Program-made: the position numbers and the translations under genes | NCBI GenBank assembly: GCA_001303705.1 | Contig: LJUI01000002.1 | Span: 47 to 64,046, forward strand | Origin: a candidate division TA06 bacterium SM23_40 | GTDB lineage: Bacteria; LJUI01; SM1-40 | Direction of reading: 5' to 3' | Length of the DNA stretch: 64,000 bases | The notes under the pieces: model-generated | Database searches by the model: none | What the model saw: only the letters and a program-made list of their open reading frames with translations | Told to the model about the DNA's origin: nothing | Shown here: piece by piece, positions 40,876-49,801 of the stretch | Layout of the letters: each line of letters begins with the position of its first letter | How positions within the stretch are numbered: position 1 is the first letter of the stretch

Positions 40876-42426
40876 ATGATGAGGTATACGCGCATGAGGA
40901 GCGCGCTCCTTGCGCTGGTGCTCGCTCTGATCGTTCTGGGGAGCGCCCCGGCGGATGAGTACCAGCACCTGATCATTCTCCACACCAATGACATACATGG
41001 AAGTCTGGCGCCGGTGGATGCGTGGTGGCTGAATCCGGATTTCCCGCCGCCCGTCGGCAATGGCGCTGCCGCAATGACGATCATCGATCGGGAACGGGCG
41101 AATGCGGAGAAGCACGGATACGGATTTCTGCTCCTCGATGCGGGAGATTTCTACCAGGGGACGCCGCTCGGGGATTTTTCCAGGGGCGAGGCGGTAATCG
41201 AGTTCCTGAACCACGCTGGCTATGATGTGATGAGCCTGGGCAATCACGACTATGCAGATGGACAGGAGAACCTGTACGAGCGCGCTGCGCAGGCCGACTT
41301 CCCCTTCCTCGGCGCCAACATTCTGATAGAACAGACAGGTGAACTGCCTCCCTATGCGAGGCGGCATATCAAACTGGAACGGGGTGGTGTGAAGATCGGG
41401 ATATTCGGTCTCATCACCCAGTACATGAAGGGGATGGCGAGGCCGGAAGACATCGAGGGGCTGGAGTTCCTCGAGGAAGCTCCGGTAGCGGCGGAGTGTG
41501 TGGAGGAGCTGAGGGCCGAAGGTGTCGACATCATCATCGGCCTCACACACATCGGGTATCGCCACGATAGGCGCCTCGTCCAGCAAGTCCGGGGAATCGA
41601 CGTCATCATCGGGGGGCACAGTCATACCGGATTGCGAGACCCGTACGAGTCGTTCTCCAATCATACTGTCGTCTGCCAGACATTTGGCCACCTGACGACA
41701 GTGGGCAGGCTCGAGCTGTTGATCGATCGTGAGACGAACCGTATCGCCGGGTATGAGGGGAAGCTGTTTGAACTGTACGCCGAGGAGGTACCGCTCGATC
41801 AAGAGGCGCTCGCACTGGTCGGGAAGTGGGTCGAGAAGGCGGAGCAGGGGCTGGACGAGGTGATCGGCTCATCAGCTGCCGAGCTTACCCGGGCGGGCAT
41901 GGAGGAATCCCCTATGGGGAACCTCATTACGGATGCGATGCGCCTGCGATTCGGGGTCGACGTGGTGATGCACAACAGTGGTGGGATCACGGGCACGCTG
42001 CCAAAGGGAGTCCTCACCTATCGGAATGCGTATGAAGCAGATGCCTATGCCAATACCGTTGTCACCATGGTGTTGAGTGGGCGTCAAGTGTGGGACCTGC
42101 TCGAAGTGAGCGTGAACCGCCACCACGCAATCTTCCAGGTCTCGGGTGTGAGGATGGTCTATGATGTGACTCGCCCGATCGGCGAGCGCGTGCTCGAGGT
42201 GGAGGTTGGTGGGGAACCCCTCGATTTCGATCGCGATTATACGGTGGCAACAAACAGCTTCCTTGCCGCCGGAGGCGGCGAATATGAGATATTCGGCCAG
42301 GGCCGGGACTGGACCGACACCGGCGTCTATATCCGGGATGTCATCGCGAGCTATGTGCGCGCCCACTCCCCTATCGACGCGAAGGTGGAGGGACGGATCA
42401 TCGACCTGTCGGTTTCACTCCGTTAG
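40876..42426 (+). CDS. bifunctional metallophosphatase/5'-nucleotidase (UshA family), secreted
   Basis: Signal peptide. Calcineurin-like motifs HTNDIHG, DAGDFYQGT, GNHDY and GGHSH. C-terminal 5'-nucleotidase substrate-binding region (NSGGITGTL, NSFLAAGGGEY). Confidence 0.9.
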   Translation: MMRYTRMRSALLALVLALIVLGSAPADEYQHLIILHTNDIHGSLAPVDAWWLNPDFPPPVGNGAAAMTIIDRERANAEKHGYGFLLLDAGDFYQGTPLGDFSRGEAVIEFLNHAGYDVMSLGNHDYADGQENLYERAAQADFPFLGANILIEQTGELPPYARRHIKLERGGVKIGIFGLITQYMKGMARPEDIEGLEFLEEAPVAAECVEELRAEGVDIIIGLTHIGYRHDRRLVQQVRGIDVIIGGHSHTGLRDPYESFSNHTVVCQTFGHLTTVGRLELLIDRETNRIAGYEGKLFELYAEEVPLDQEALALVGKWVEKAEQGLDEVIGSSAAELTRAGMEESPMGNLITDAMRLRFGVDVVMHNSGGITGTLPKGVLTYRNAYEADAYANTVVTMVLSGRQVWDLLEVSVNRHHAIFQVSGVRMVYDVTRPIGERVLEVEVGGEPLDFDRDYTVATNSFLAAGGGEYEIFGQGRDWTDTGVYIRDVIASYVRAHSPIDAKVEGRIIDLSVSLR

Positions 42427-42744
42427 ATGCGAGAGATCCCGGGCGGACCGACAGAAGCGATCTGTCCGGGATAGCGCCTGCCGATTCGTGTCTCTTCTCT
42501 ACGTACCCTGCTCGACCCTCGAGATCAATAATAACACGGAACCACGAGTAGGCGGGATCTCCCGTCCGCCTCAATCGGATCGCCCGCGCTCGGCGACGCA
42601 TATGCGAGTCCGTTCGCCCCGGGCGATTTGTCGTATCGTTGCGGGTTCGGTTCCGAGGCTGGACAAGGTGCACTGCCGCATCCGAGTCCCCCCGCGTGAC
42701 CGATACCGTCGGTCTGTTCGGCATATCATACAAGGAGGAGGGCC

Positions 42745-44121
42745 ATGAGGATCAACATCGCTCCTGTGACGGCCGTCCTGCTCTCCCTTGCGATGGCGGC
42801 AGGCACGGGGCGGACGCAGGAGATCCAGGTGTCGCTCGATGAGGCCGGCACGCTCTCACGCATCGATGCCGAACTCGAGCGGGATCTCGGGCTGTTCCCC
42901 GAGTATGAGAATTTCAGAGAGGCGTGGCTGTTTCGGGTCGCAGAGGGAGAATTCGTGCTCGAGATCCTGCACGGGCATGAAGGCGCACTGAGGAAAGTCC
43001 GACTGCCTCTGTCTGCGGAGGAGGTACGCGAGTTACGGCGTGAGGTGACCGCACGTATCGAAGAGCGCGCCCCTGGGGTCCTGTTCGACCGGACCGGGCG
43101 GACGAAGCTCCTCATCACCACAACGCTCCTCTCCCTCGGATACTACGGCTGGGCGCTCCCGGTGGTCTTTGATGTCGGGGGGAAGGGGGGGGCGGCGCTC
43201 TACTTCATGACGAGCGGCGCCGGGTTCTTTGTCCCGCGTGCCGCGACCGAGCGGATACCCGTCACGGATGCGGCAGCCACTCTTGCTCTGTACGGTGCAA
43301 CCCGGGGCATCGCGCACGGCATCTGTCTTGATTACGTCTTCCGCGGAGAGGATGTGGGGGGCCGCGATGCAATAGCCTTCGGTATGGTCGCCAGCGTGGT
43401 GGAGGGAGTGGCCGGGTTCTCCGTTGCCAACCAGCTGGATATGACTCCGGGCACTGCTGAAGTGATCAGCGTCATGGGCGATGCAGGCCTTGGATTCGGG
43501 CTTCTGACCGCTGATGTAGCAGGTTTCTTCGACGATGGCGAGGAGAAATCGCGTCAGGCAGCGGCGTCAGCGCTGTTCGGTTCAGGCGTAGGAGTCGCTG
43601 CGGGGGGCATGCTGTCGAGGATGGAACCATATACGCGTGACGACGCCTATGTTCTGAGGGCAGCGGGGCTGCTCGGCGCATACCTCCCTCTCGCGCTCGT
43701 CGACATCGCCGACCCCGAAAATGACAAAGCCTACACCGCGGCCTCCATGGCGGGATTGGCGATAGGGCACGGTATCGGCCATTACCTTGTCCGCGATAAG
43801 GACTTCGGAAGCGGCCAGGGCATGATGGTAACCCTCGGTGAGGTTGCGGGGGGATTGTTCGGGCTGGGGCTCGCCCACCTCGCAGCTACCGAGGGGCGCG
43901 ACCACAGCACGCTCTATCTCACCGCAAGCTCTATAGGCGCCACGATCGGATTCTGGTCGATGTACCGTTCGGTTGCCCCGGCCGCGCACGCGCGGGAGGG
44001 GAGCGTCGTCTGGGAAATTGATCTTGCGCCACAGGGTGTGATCGCCCTTGCCCGCGGCGGCGCAGTCGGCGCGGATCGCCGCTCGCCGGTACCGCTGCTC
44101 GGGTGGACCATCAGGTTCTGA
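42745..44121 (+). CDS. hypothetical polytopic Gly/Ala-rich membrane protein
   Basis: AGGAGGAGGG RBS. Signal peptide, then a ~110-aa soluble charged region, then about 9-10 hydrophobic Gly-zipper-like segments. No family recognised. Confidence 0.65.
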   Translation: MRINIAPVTAVLLSLAMAAGTGRTQEIQVSLDEAGTLSRIDAELERDLGLFPEYENFREAWLFRVAEGEFVLEILHGHEGALRKVRLPLSAEEVRELRREVTARIEERAPGVLFDRTGRTKLLITTTLLSLGYYGWALPVVFDVGGKGGAALYFMTSGAGFFVPRAATERIPVTDAAATLALYGATRGIAHGICLDYVFRGEDVGGRDAIAFGMVASVVEGVAGFSVANQLDMTPGTAEVISVMGDAGLGFGLLTADVAGFFDDGEEKSRQAAASALFGSGVGVAAGGMLSRMEPYTRDDAYVLRAAGLLGAYLPLALVDIADPENDKAYTAASMAGLAIGHGIGHYLVRDKDFGSGQGMMVTLGEVAGGLFGLGLAHLAATEGRDHSTLYLTASSIGATIGFWSMYRSVAPAAHAREGSVVWEIDLAPQGVIALARGGAVGADRRSPVPLLGWTIRF

Positions 44122-44135
44122 CGATCAGGTTCTGA
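44108..44135 (+). repeat. 14-bp tandem duplication spanning a stop codon
   Basis: ccATCAGGTTCTGA (44108-44121) then cgATCAGGTTCTGA (44122-44135), 13/14 identical. The first TGA is the stop of CDS 42745..44121. Confidence 0.9.
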
Positions 44136-44362
44136 TGGTGAGTGTCTGTCTTCTCTCCCTCTCACACTGCCTCGAGCGGCTCCACGCCCGAGGAGACTGC
44201 TCCAGGGCGCCTCGGAGGTGGCGCCTGACACTCCGCATGTCTGGGGGGGTTCGGGCGAACGCTCCCCGGGGCTGTGGCAAGGTGTGGCCACCTTGAAGTC
44301 AGGGCGTGATAATACGCTTTACGGTGGATGTTGTGGAGCGGGAACTTGTGCGTGGAGTCTGC

Positions 44363-44391
44363 TTGATATCGGGGTCGATCTGTGGTACACT
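44363..44391 (+). promoter_or_regulatory. sigma-70-type promoter candidate
   Basis: TTGATA, 17 nt, TACACT. About 70 nt upstream of the ATG at 44461. Confidence 0.5.
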
Positions 44392-44460
44392 AGAAGCTTG
44401 GTGGCGCCCACTATTGTAGCAGACTGCTCTGTCGCACTCAACACCGACTGGAGGACCTAC

Positions 44461-45921
44461 ATGAGGAGATCATCTCTAGCGCTCTGTCTTAGTGGAATTC
44501 TGACGCTATGCGTCCTCGGGCTCTCGAGTGCCCAGGTACGGAGCCCGGCAGCGCTTGACGCCGCCGATTGTGCCCTGCCGGCCGGACTGGCAGAGGCCAT
44601 TGGTGATCCCGCCCGCGTGCGGGATGCGCGACACCTTTTTTCCCGGGATGGAGAAGAGTGGACACCGGAAGACACCGCGTTCGAACGCCATTTCATGCTC
44701 GCCCGGCTCCGTCTCGCCCGCGAACAGGGAATGTTGGAGAGCATCGACCAGGAGCGCCTGGCGGACATGATCAGAAGAGCCGGCCTGGAAGGGATCTCTG
44801 TACAGGCGCTTCGCCAACTTCTCGACGGAGGGCCTGGGACGCGCGGCATGGTCGGGTATGGGTTCTTCTTCAACGAATACTCGTTCTACTGGATGGACAT
44901 TACTGCCATCGTCCAGAACATGATCATTCCCCGCACCCCGGGCGGAGATGTGTACACCTGGCTGTACAACACGACGACGAACCGTTCGAATCTCGGCGTC
45001 GAGGCGTTCATCTCCTACCACTCCCAGTCCGATTTTCACTTCAAGGTCTATGACTGGGCCCATCCTTCTCCCTGGCAGATCGACATGCCCTATGACGACC
45101 TCGATGAGTATATCTACGACGTGCCCAACCCGGACGGGGTGTGGCGCCAGCTGCTCCGCGTCGTCAACATCACCCGGCAGCACGAGCCGAACGAGTGGAC
45201 GAACGAGGTCTACTTGTACAACCGCTTCCGCGACGTCTGGGATCTTGTCTACCTCTACTCCTATACGACTAATCATCCTACAGAGAACACCTATGAGCCG
45301 GGCGATTTCTACGGGAGCTGGGGGCCGATCTTCGAGACATTTCAGGATCATGACGGAAGCAATAAGCCGATCGGCTTCGACAACAGCTGGATGTATCAGG
45401 ATGGCGTTGTGTCGAAGCTGACTCCGACGAATTCGTATCTCAGAGTGGACGACCCGGACCTGTACCCGCCGATATTCGTTGTACCGAACGCTGCCTGGGC
45501 TGTTGGGAGCACTGAGGGTGAGCCGGCCAACCAGGTCTTCGAGGCCGAGGATGGCACCCACGAGATAGGCCATGCCTTCGGCCAGGGCTGGGTCGCAACG
45601 CCCGGTGAGGGGGAGGGGTGGATGCTGCGGGGGCCGTTATGGACCCTGCCGGAGGGACGGATGAACGCGGAGTTCCTCCTGGGTATCGCTCAAGTGACCG
45701 GCCCCGATGATGCCGTCTGCCTCGTCGGCGTATGGGACGCGACGATCAGCGACTATGCCGCATCAGATATCCTGTACCGGCACGATTTCGTCCATCGGTT
45801 CTATCCGCACCAGTTCCGGTACGACTTCGAGGCGATCTCCGGCCACCAGTACGAGTTTGTGGTGTACAGCTATGCTCACCTGGCGTTCGGAGTCGACAGG
45901 GTGGTGATTGTCAAGAACTAG
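44461..45921 (+). CDS. hypothetical secreted protein (orphan, aromatic/Asn-rich)
   Basis: GGAGGA RBS. Signal peptide MRRSSLALCLSGILTLCVLGLSSAQ. W/Y/F/N-rich mature part. C-terminal ~130 aa begin FEAEDGTHEIGHAFGQGW. No family recognised. Confidence 0.7.
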   Translation: MRRSSLALCLSGILTLCVLGLSSAQVRSPAALDAADCALPAGLAEAIGDPARVRDARHLFSRDGEEWTPEDTAFERHFMLARLRLAREQGMLESIDQERLADMIRRAGLEGISVQALRQLLDGGPGTRGMVGYGFFFNEYSFYWMDITAIVQNMIIPRTPGGDVYTWLYNTTTNRSNLGVEAFISYHSQSDFHFKVYDWAHPSPWQIDMPYDDLDEYIYDVPNPDGVWRQLLRVVNITRQHEPNEWTNEVYLYNRFRDVWDLVYLYSYTTNHPTENTYEPGDFYGSWGPIFETFQDHDGSNKPIGFDNSWMYQDGVVSKLTPTNSYLRVDDPDLYPPIFVVPNAAWAVGSTEGEPANQVFEAEDGTHEIGHAFGQGWVATPGEGEGWMLRGPLWTLPEGRMNAEFLLGIAQVTGPDDAVCLVGVWDATISDYAASDILYRHDFVHRFYPHQFRYDFEAISGHQYEFVVYSYAHLAFGVDRVVIVKN

Positions 45922-45973
45922 CGCTCATCCATCCGGGGTGAGGCAGGCATGATTTCCGGGATGCATAATTTTC

Positions 45974-46002
45974 TTGACGACAATCGGTCTGTGTGATAAG
46001 GT
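45974..46002 (+). promoter_or_regulatory. sigma-70-type promoter candidate
   Basis: TTGACG, 17 nt, TAAGGT. Upstream of the LTD protein gene. Confidence 0.4.
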
Positions 46003-46095
46003 CCGGGATGACTTGTTACCGGATCATGTGGGACGATGAAAGGAGGCAATAGAGGCACGTCAACGTCTGCATAACGTACCGGAGGGTGGACAGTT

Positions 46096-46755
46096 ATGAG
46101 ACATCATCTTGCCGGGCTGCTGGCGCTCGGGTGTGTAGTCTGCCTGCCCGTCGGCGGTCTGTCCCAGGTCGTTTTCAATGAGGTCTACTATGATGCCGAC
46201 AATGCCTGGGCTGACAATGCCAACGAGTGGGTCGAGCTGTACAATGCCGGAGGGTCGACTGTCGACCTCGGTGGTCTGATCTTCACCGACCACCCGGATA
46301 CCACGTGGGAGGGGTACTACCTCATTCCGGGTGGCACGATGCTCGGTCCGGGGGAATTCCTGATTCTGTGCCGCGATGCCGATAGCCTCAACTCACACTG
46401 GTCGATCCCGCCTGCGGTGACCGTTCTCGCCTGGGGGGATGCTCCCACAACCACCTATCTCATGCTCCATAATGATGGCGAGGACATCCATCTGCTGGAT
46501 GGGGAGACTGATGTGGCGGTGATGTGGTACGGTGACGGGGGAGATCTGGGGCCCACCAATGCCGCCCCCGATGTAACCGCAGGCCACAGCCTCGGCCTGT
46601 ACCCCGATGGGTCGAGCACGGGCGTTCCCAGCGATGACTACTACGACTATGCCGATCCGACGCCGGGCGAGCCCAACGAGGCGATCGTCCCGGTCTCTTC
46701 GACGACGTGGGGCAAGCTGAAGGCAATGTATTCGGTCCCCAAGGGCCAGCAATAG
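46096..46755 (+). CDS. secreted lamin-tail-domain (LTD) protein
   Basis: Signal peptide. VVFNEVYYDADNAWADNANEWVELYNAGGSTVDLGGLIFTD...YLIPGGTMLGPGEFLILC...LMLHNDGEDIHLLD matches the LTD pattern (inEv...ewvELyN...vdLsGw). Confidence 0.8.
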   Translation: MRHHLAGLLALGCVVCLPVGGLSQVVFNEVYYDADNAWADNANEWVELYNAGGSTVDLGGLIFTDHPDTTWEGYYLIPGGTMLGPGEFLILCRDADSLNSHWSIPPAVTVLAWGDAPTTTYLMLHNDGEDIHLLDGETDVAVMWYGDGGDLGPTNAAPDVTAGHSLGLYPDGSSTGVPSDDYYDYADPTPGEPNEAIVPVSSTTWGKLKAMYSVPKGQQ

Positions 46756-46830
46756 GCCGGGCGGCAGACCTGACTCGGCCCGCTCCGTGCGATTGCTGCC
46801 ACATGTGGCCGGGTGCCGTAGTGTACAGGG

Positions 46831-46861
46831 GAGTCGCAGGGCGTAACGAGCCCTGCGACTC
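46831..46861 (+). terminator. strong hairpin downstream of the LTD gene (possible terminator, no U-tract)
   Basis: GAGTCGCAGGGC-GTAACGA-GCCCTGCGACTC. 12-bp perfect stem with a 7-nt loop. Confidence 0.45.
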
Positions 46862-46947
46862 TCGATGTCTTGATAGAGCAGGCGATTGGTGTCGATACCG
46901 CCCGCGATGGTGAAGACCGGCAAGAAACGAGGAGAGGTGCGATTGAG

Positions 46948-47985
46948 ATGACCGATGGTGTGATCGACCTGCGGAGTGATACCGTGACGAGACCGTCACC
47001 GGGCATGCGGCGCGCTATGGCGGAGGCGGAGGTGGGTGATGATGTCTTCGGCGACGATCCCACCGTCAAGCGGCTCGAGGCGAGGGTGGCGGCAATGCTG
47101 GGAAAGGATCGAGGCCTCTTTCTTCCTTCGGGAACGATGGCCAACGAGGTCGCCCTCCGTGTGTTGACACAGCCGGGCGATGAGGTGATCTGCGAACAGG
47201 GTTCCCACATCTATAACTACGAAGTGGGGGCTGCGGCCGCGCTCGCCGGCGTGCAGTTGAGACCGCTCGAGGGATCGAGAGGTGTGCTGCGCGTCGAGCA
47301 GATAGAGCACGCCATCAGGCCGAGCGATATCCATCTGCCGGTGACGAGGGTCGTCTGCCTCGAGAACACCCACACCCGCGCCGGCGGTGCGATCTTCCCC
47401 CTCGAGGAGATGCACGGTATCAGAGAGTTGACAGGAGGTGCCGGGATCGCTGTCTATCTCGATGGAGCCCGCCTGTGGAACGCCTCCGCCCGCACCGGGG
47501 TCGCCCTGGACGAGTATGCGGCGCAGGCAGACTCTGTCTCGGTCTGCCTCTCGAAGGGGCTCGGCGCACCTGTTGGATCGGTCTTTGTGGGAGACCATTC
47601 GATGGTCGAGCGAGCGAGGCGGTATCGGAAGATGTATGGCGGTGGGATGCGCCAGGTGGGGATACTCGCCGCGGCAGGGCTGTATGCGCTCGAGCACAAC
47701 ATCGCGCGACTGGAGGAGGATCACCGGCGCGCGGCGCAGCTCGCCGAAGCCGTCGAGGGATGCTCACGGGCACGGCTCGTGGGAGGGAAGCCCGATACGA
47801 ACATGGTCGTACTGGAGGTCCTGGATGGTCCAGCCGAGGCATCGAGGGTGCAAGAGGAACTCGCCGCGCGATCGGTGCTTGTTGTCCCGTTTGGTGCGTC
47901 TCAGCTGCGGGCGGTAACGCACCTGGACATAGGTGACGGGGAACTGGAGAAAGCGATCAGCGTCTTCCGTGCAGTTCTCAGTTGA
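46948..47985 (+). CDS. ltaE: low-specificity L-threonine aldolase
   Basis: IDLRSDTVTRPS, GDDVFGDDPT, LPSGTMANEVAL and SVCLSKGLGAP (PLP lysine). Confidence 0.9.
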   Translation: MTDGVIDLRSDTVTRPSPGMRRAMAEAEVGDDVFGDDPTVKRLEARVAAMLGKDRGLFLPSGTMANEVALRVLTQPGDEVICEQGSHIYNYEVGAAAALAGVQLRPLEGSRGVLRVEQIEHAIRPSDIHLPVTRVVCLENTHTRAGGAIFPLEEMHGIRELTGGAGIAVYLDGARLWNASARTGVALDEYAAQADSVSVCLSKGLGAPVGSVFVGDHSMVERARRYRKMYGGGMRQVGILAAAGLYALEHNIARLEEDHRRAAQLAEAVEGCSRARLVGGKPDTNMVVLEVLDGPAEASRVQEELAARSVLVVPFGASQLRAVTHLDIGDGELEKAISVFRAVLS

Positions 47986-48043
47986 TCGTGCGCAGGTCGG
48001 CCTTGTGAGCCGGCCCTCGCAGCACTCATCCACATAACGGGGA

Positions 48044-49741
48044 TTGCCGACGGTGCGGGACGAGGAGAGAGTCTGGAAGGTCTCGCAGATCGATGAGGAG
48101 GCCGGCGAACGGCTCTGCCGCGCGCTCGGCATGCCGCTCCTTCTGGCGCGTCTCCTCGTCGCCAGGGGCATCTCCTCGCCTGACGGGGCACGGCGGTACC
48201 TCTCTCCTGCGCTCGCCGACTTCCTTGATCCGTATCTGCTGGCCGATATGGAGCGTGCGGTCCGCCGCATCAATCGGGCCATCAGCTCGGGAGAGCGGGT
48301 CACCGTTGTCGGGCACGAAGATACAGACGGGTTGACCGGGACTGTCGTGCTGCTCGAGATCTTGCGGAAGATGGGGGCGGAGGCCGATTACTATCTTCCC
48401 AGCCGGGTCGAGGAGGGTCACGGATTATCCCGGCGTGCTATCGCCCGGGCGAAGCAGCGCGGGTCTGCTCTTATTGTCACTGTAGATTGTGGCGTGACAG
48501 ATAGTCATCCGGTGGCTGAGGCGGGGCGGAACGGGATTGATGTGATCGTGCTCGATCATCACGAAGTTATCGCACCCCTGCCCTCCGCAGTGGCGGTCGT
48601 TGACCCCAAGCGGCCGGATTCTGCCTATCCCTTCCGCGGTCTCGCCGGGGTCGGCGTTGCGTTCAAGACGGCCCAGGCCCTCGTCGCGGGAGCAGATAGA
48701 GGTCCTCGGGCGGAGTGGGAACAGGTCGCCCCTGACCTGCTCGAGCTCGTTCTGCTGGGGAGTATCGCGGATCGCGTCCCTCTCTGTGACGAGAACCGTG
48801 TAGCTGCGGTACTCGGACTCAAAGCATTCGAGGCAACCGAACGGATCGGCCTGCAGGCACTCAAGCATGGGCTGAAGGGAGAGGAGGATCGCGATCTCAG
48901 AGCCATGGAACTCGTCCAGGGGTCGATCTCACTCATCGCCTCTGCCCGGTCGGAGGATGGCGGTAATGATGGATGTGAACTTCTCCTCACTCACGACTCC
49001 GCGTCTGCTGGCACAGTCGTCACAAAACTTCGAAAGGAGAGCGAGCGCTGGCACGCAGCGGCGAGAGCCAGTTTCGACCGGGTACTCAAGATGCTCGATA
49101 GAGAGATCGACGAGCCGATTATCATCCTCGTCAACGAAGAGATTCCGTACTACCTGCTGGGACACTGTGCATCGCGGCTGAGGAAACTGTACATGCGGCC
49201 GGCGATCCTGATCGGGAAGCGAGGCGCCGGCCTGGCAGGCGAGGCGAGGGGTCCAAAGTGGTTCGATCTCATGGAGTGTCTGGCCACGTCAGACGAGTTG
49301 CTCGAAAGCTGGGGTGGGCACAAGGGAGCGGCCGGGTTTTCGTTGAGCAGGGACCGGTTGCCTGCGTTCAGTGATCGCGTGCGGGCATATGCTGCCGAGC
49401 GGATCGACCCCGTCGACCTCCAGGAGATCCTGCGCATAGACATAGAAGTGGGGGAGGGGGAGCTCGGGCCCGACCTGATCAAGGTCCTGGCAGCACTCCG
49501 GCCCTATGGGGAGGGCAACCCGGCGCCGCTTCTCCTGGCGCGTACAGTGGATGTGACGAGTCAGGGGCCGCGATGTGTCGTCAAGGCCGGCGGCGACAGT
49601 ATATCGCTGATCGATGAGCGGAGAAGATCCAGCTGGACAGACCTGTCGGGGAGGCCTCTCCAGCTCGATATCGTCTTCACCCTCGGCGATAGCGATGAGC
49701 TCCTGCTCGTCGATTGCCGGCCGACGTTCTTGAATGAATAG
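48044..49741 (+). CDS. recJ: single-stranded-DNA-specific exonuclease RecJ
   Basis: DHH motifs VVGHEDTDGLTG, IVTVDCG and VIVLDHHE. DHHA1-like GGHKGAAGFS. Start ambiguous (TTG 48044 or GTG 48053). Confidence 0.92.
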   Translation: MPTVRDEERVWKVSQIDEEAGERLCRALGMPLLLARLLVARGISSPDGARRYLSPALADFLDPYLLADMERAVRRINRAISSGERVTVVGHEDTDGLTGTVVLLEILRKMGAEADYYLPSRVEEGHGLSRRAIARAKQRGSALIVTVDCGVTDSHPVAEAGRNGIDVIVLDHHEVIAPLPSAVAVVDPKRPDSAYPFRGLAGVGVAFKTAQALVAGADRGPRAEWEQVAPDLLELVLLGSIADRVPLCDENRVAAVLGLKAFEATERIGLQALKHGLKGEEDRDLRAMELVQGSISLIASARSEDGGNDGCELLLTHDSASAGTVVTKLRKESERWHAAARASFDRVLKMLDREIDEPIIILVNEEIPYYLLGHCASRLRKLYMRPAILIGKRGAGLAGEARGPKWFDLMECLATSDELLESWGGHKGAAGFSLSRDRLPAFSDRVRAYAAERIDPVDLQEILRIDIEVGEGELGPDLIKVLAALRPYGEGNPAPLLLARTVDVTSQGPRCVVKAGGDSISLIDERRRSSWTDLSGRPLQLDIVFTLGDSDELLLVDCRPTFLNE

Positions 49742-49767
49742 CGGCTTCGCGCTCCGCGGGCCGCTCG

Positions 49768-49801
49768 ACGGCGACGCGCTCCAGACCCGCCGTGTTTTTT
49801 G
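49768..49801 (+). terminator. rho-independent terminator candidate after recJ
   Basis: ACGGCG...CGCCGT stem (6 bp, 14-nt loop) followed by GTTTTTTG. Confidence 0.5.

Noticed and set aside
42436-42472. Hairpin after the 5'-nucleotidase gene as an intrinsic terminator
   Set aside because: The stem is only 7 bp (ATCCCGG/CCGGGAT) with a 23-nt loop and no U-tract. That is too weak to annotate.
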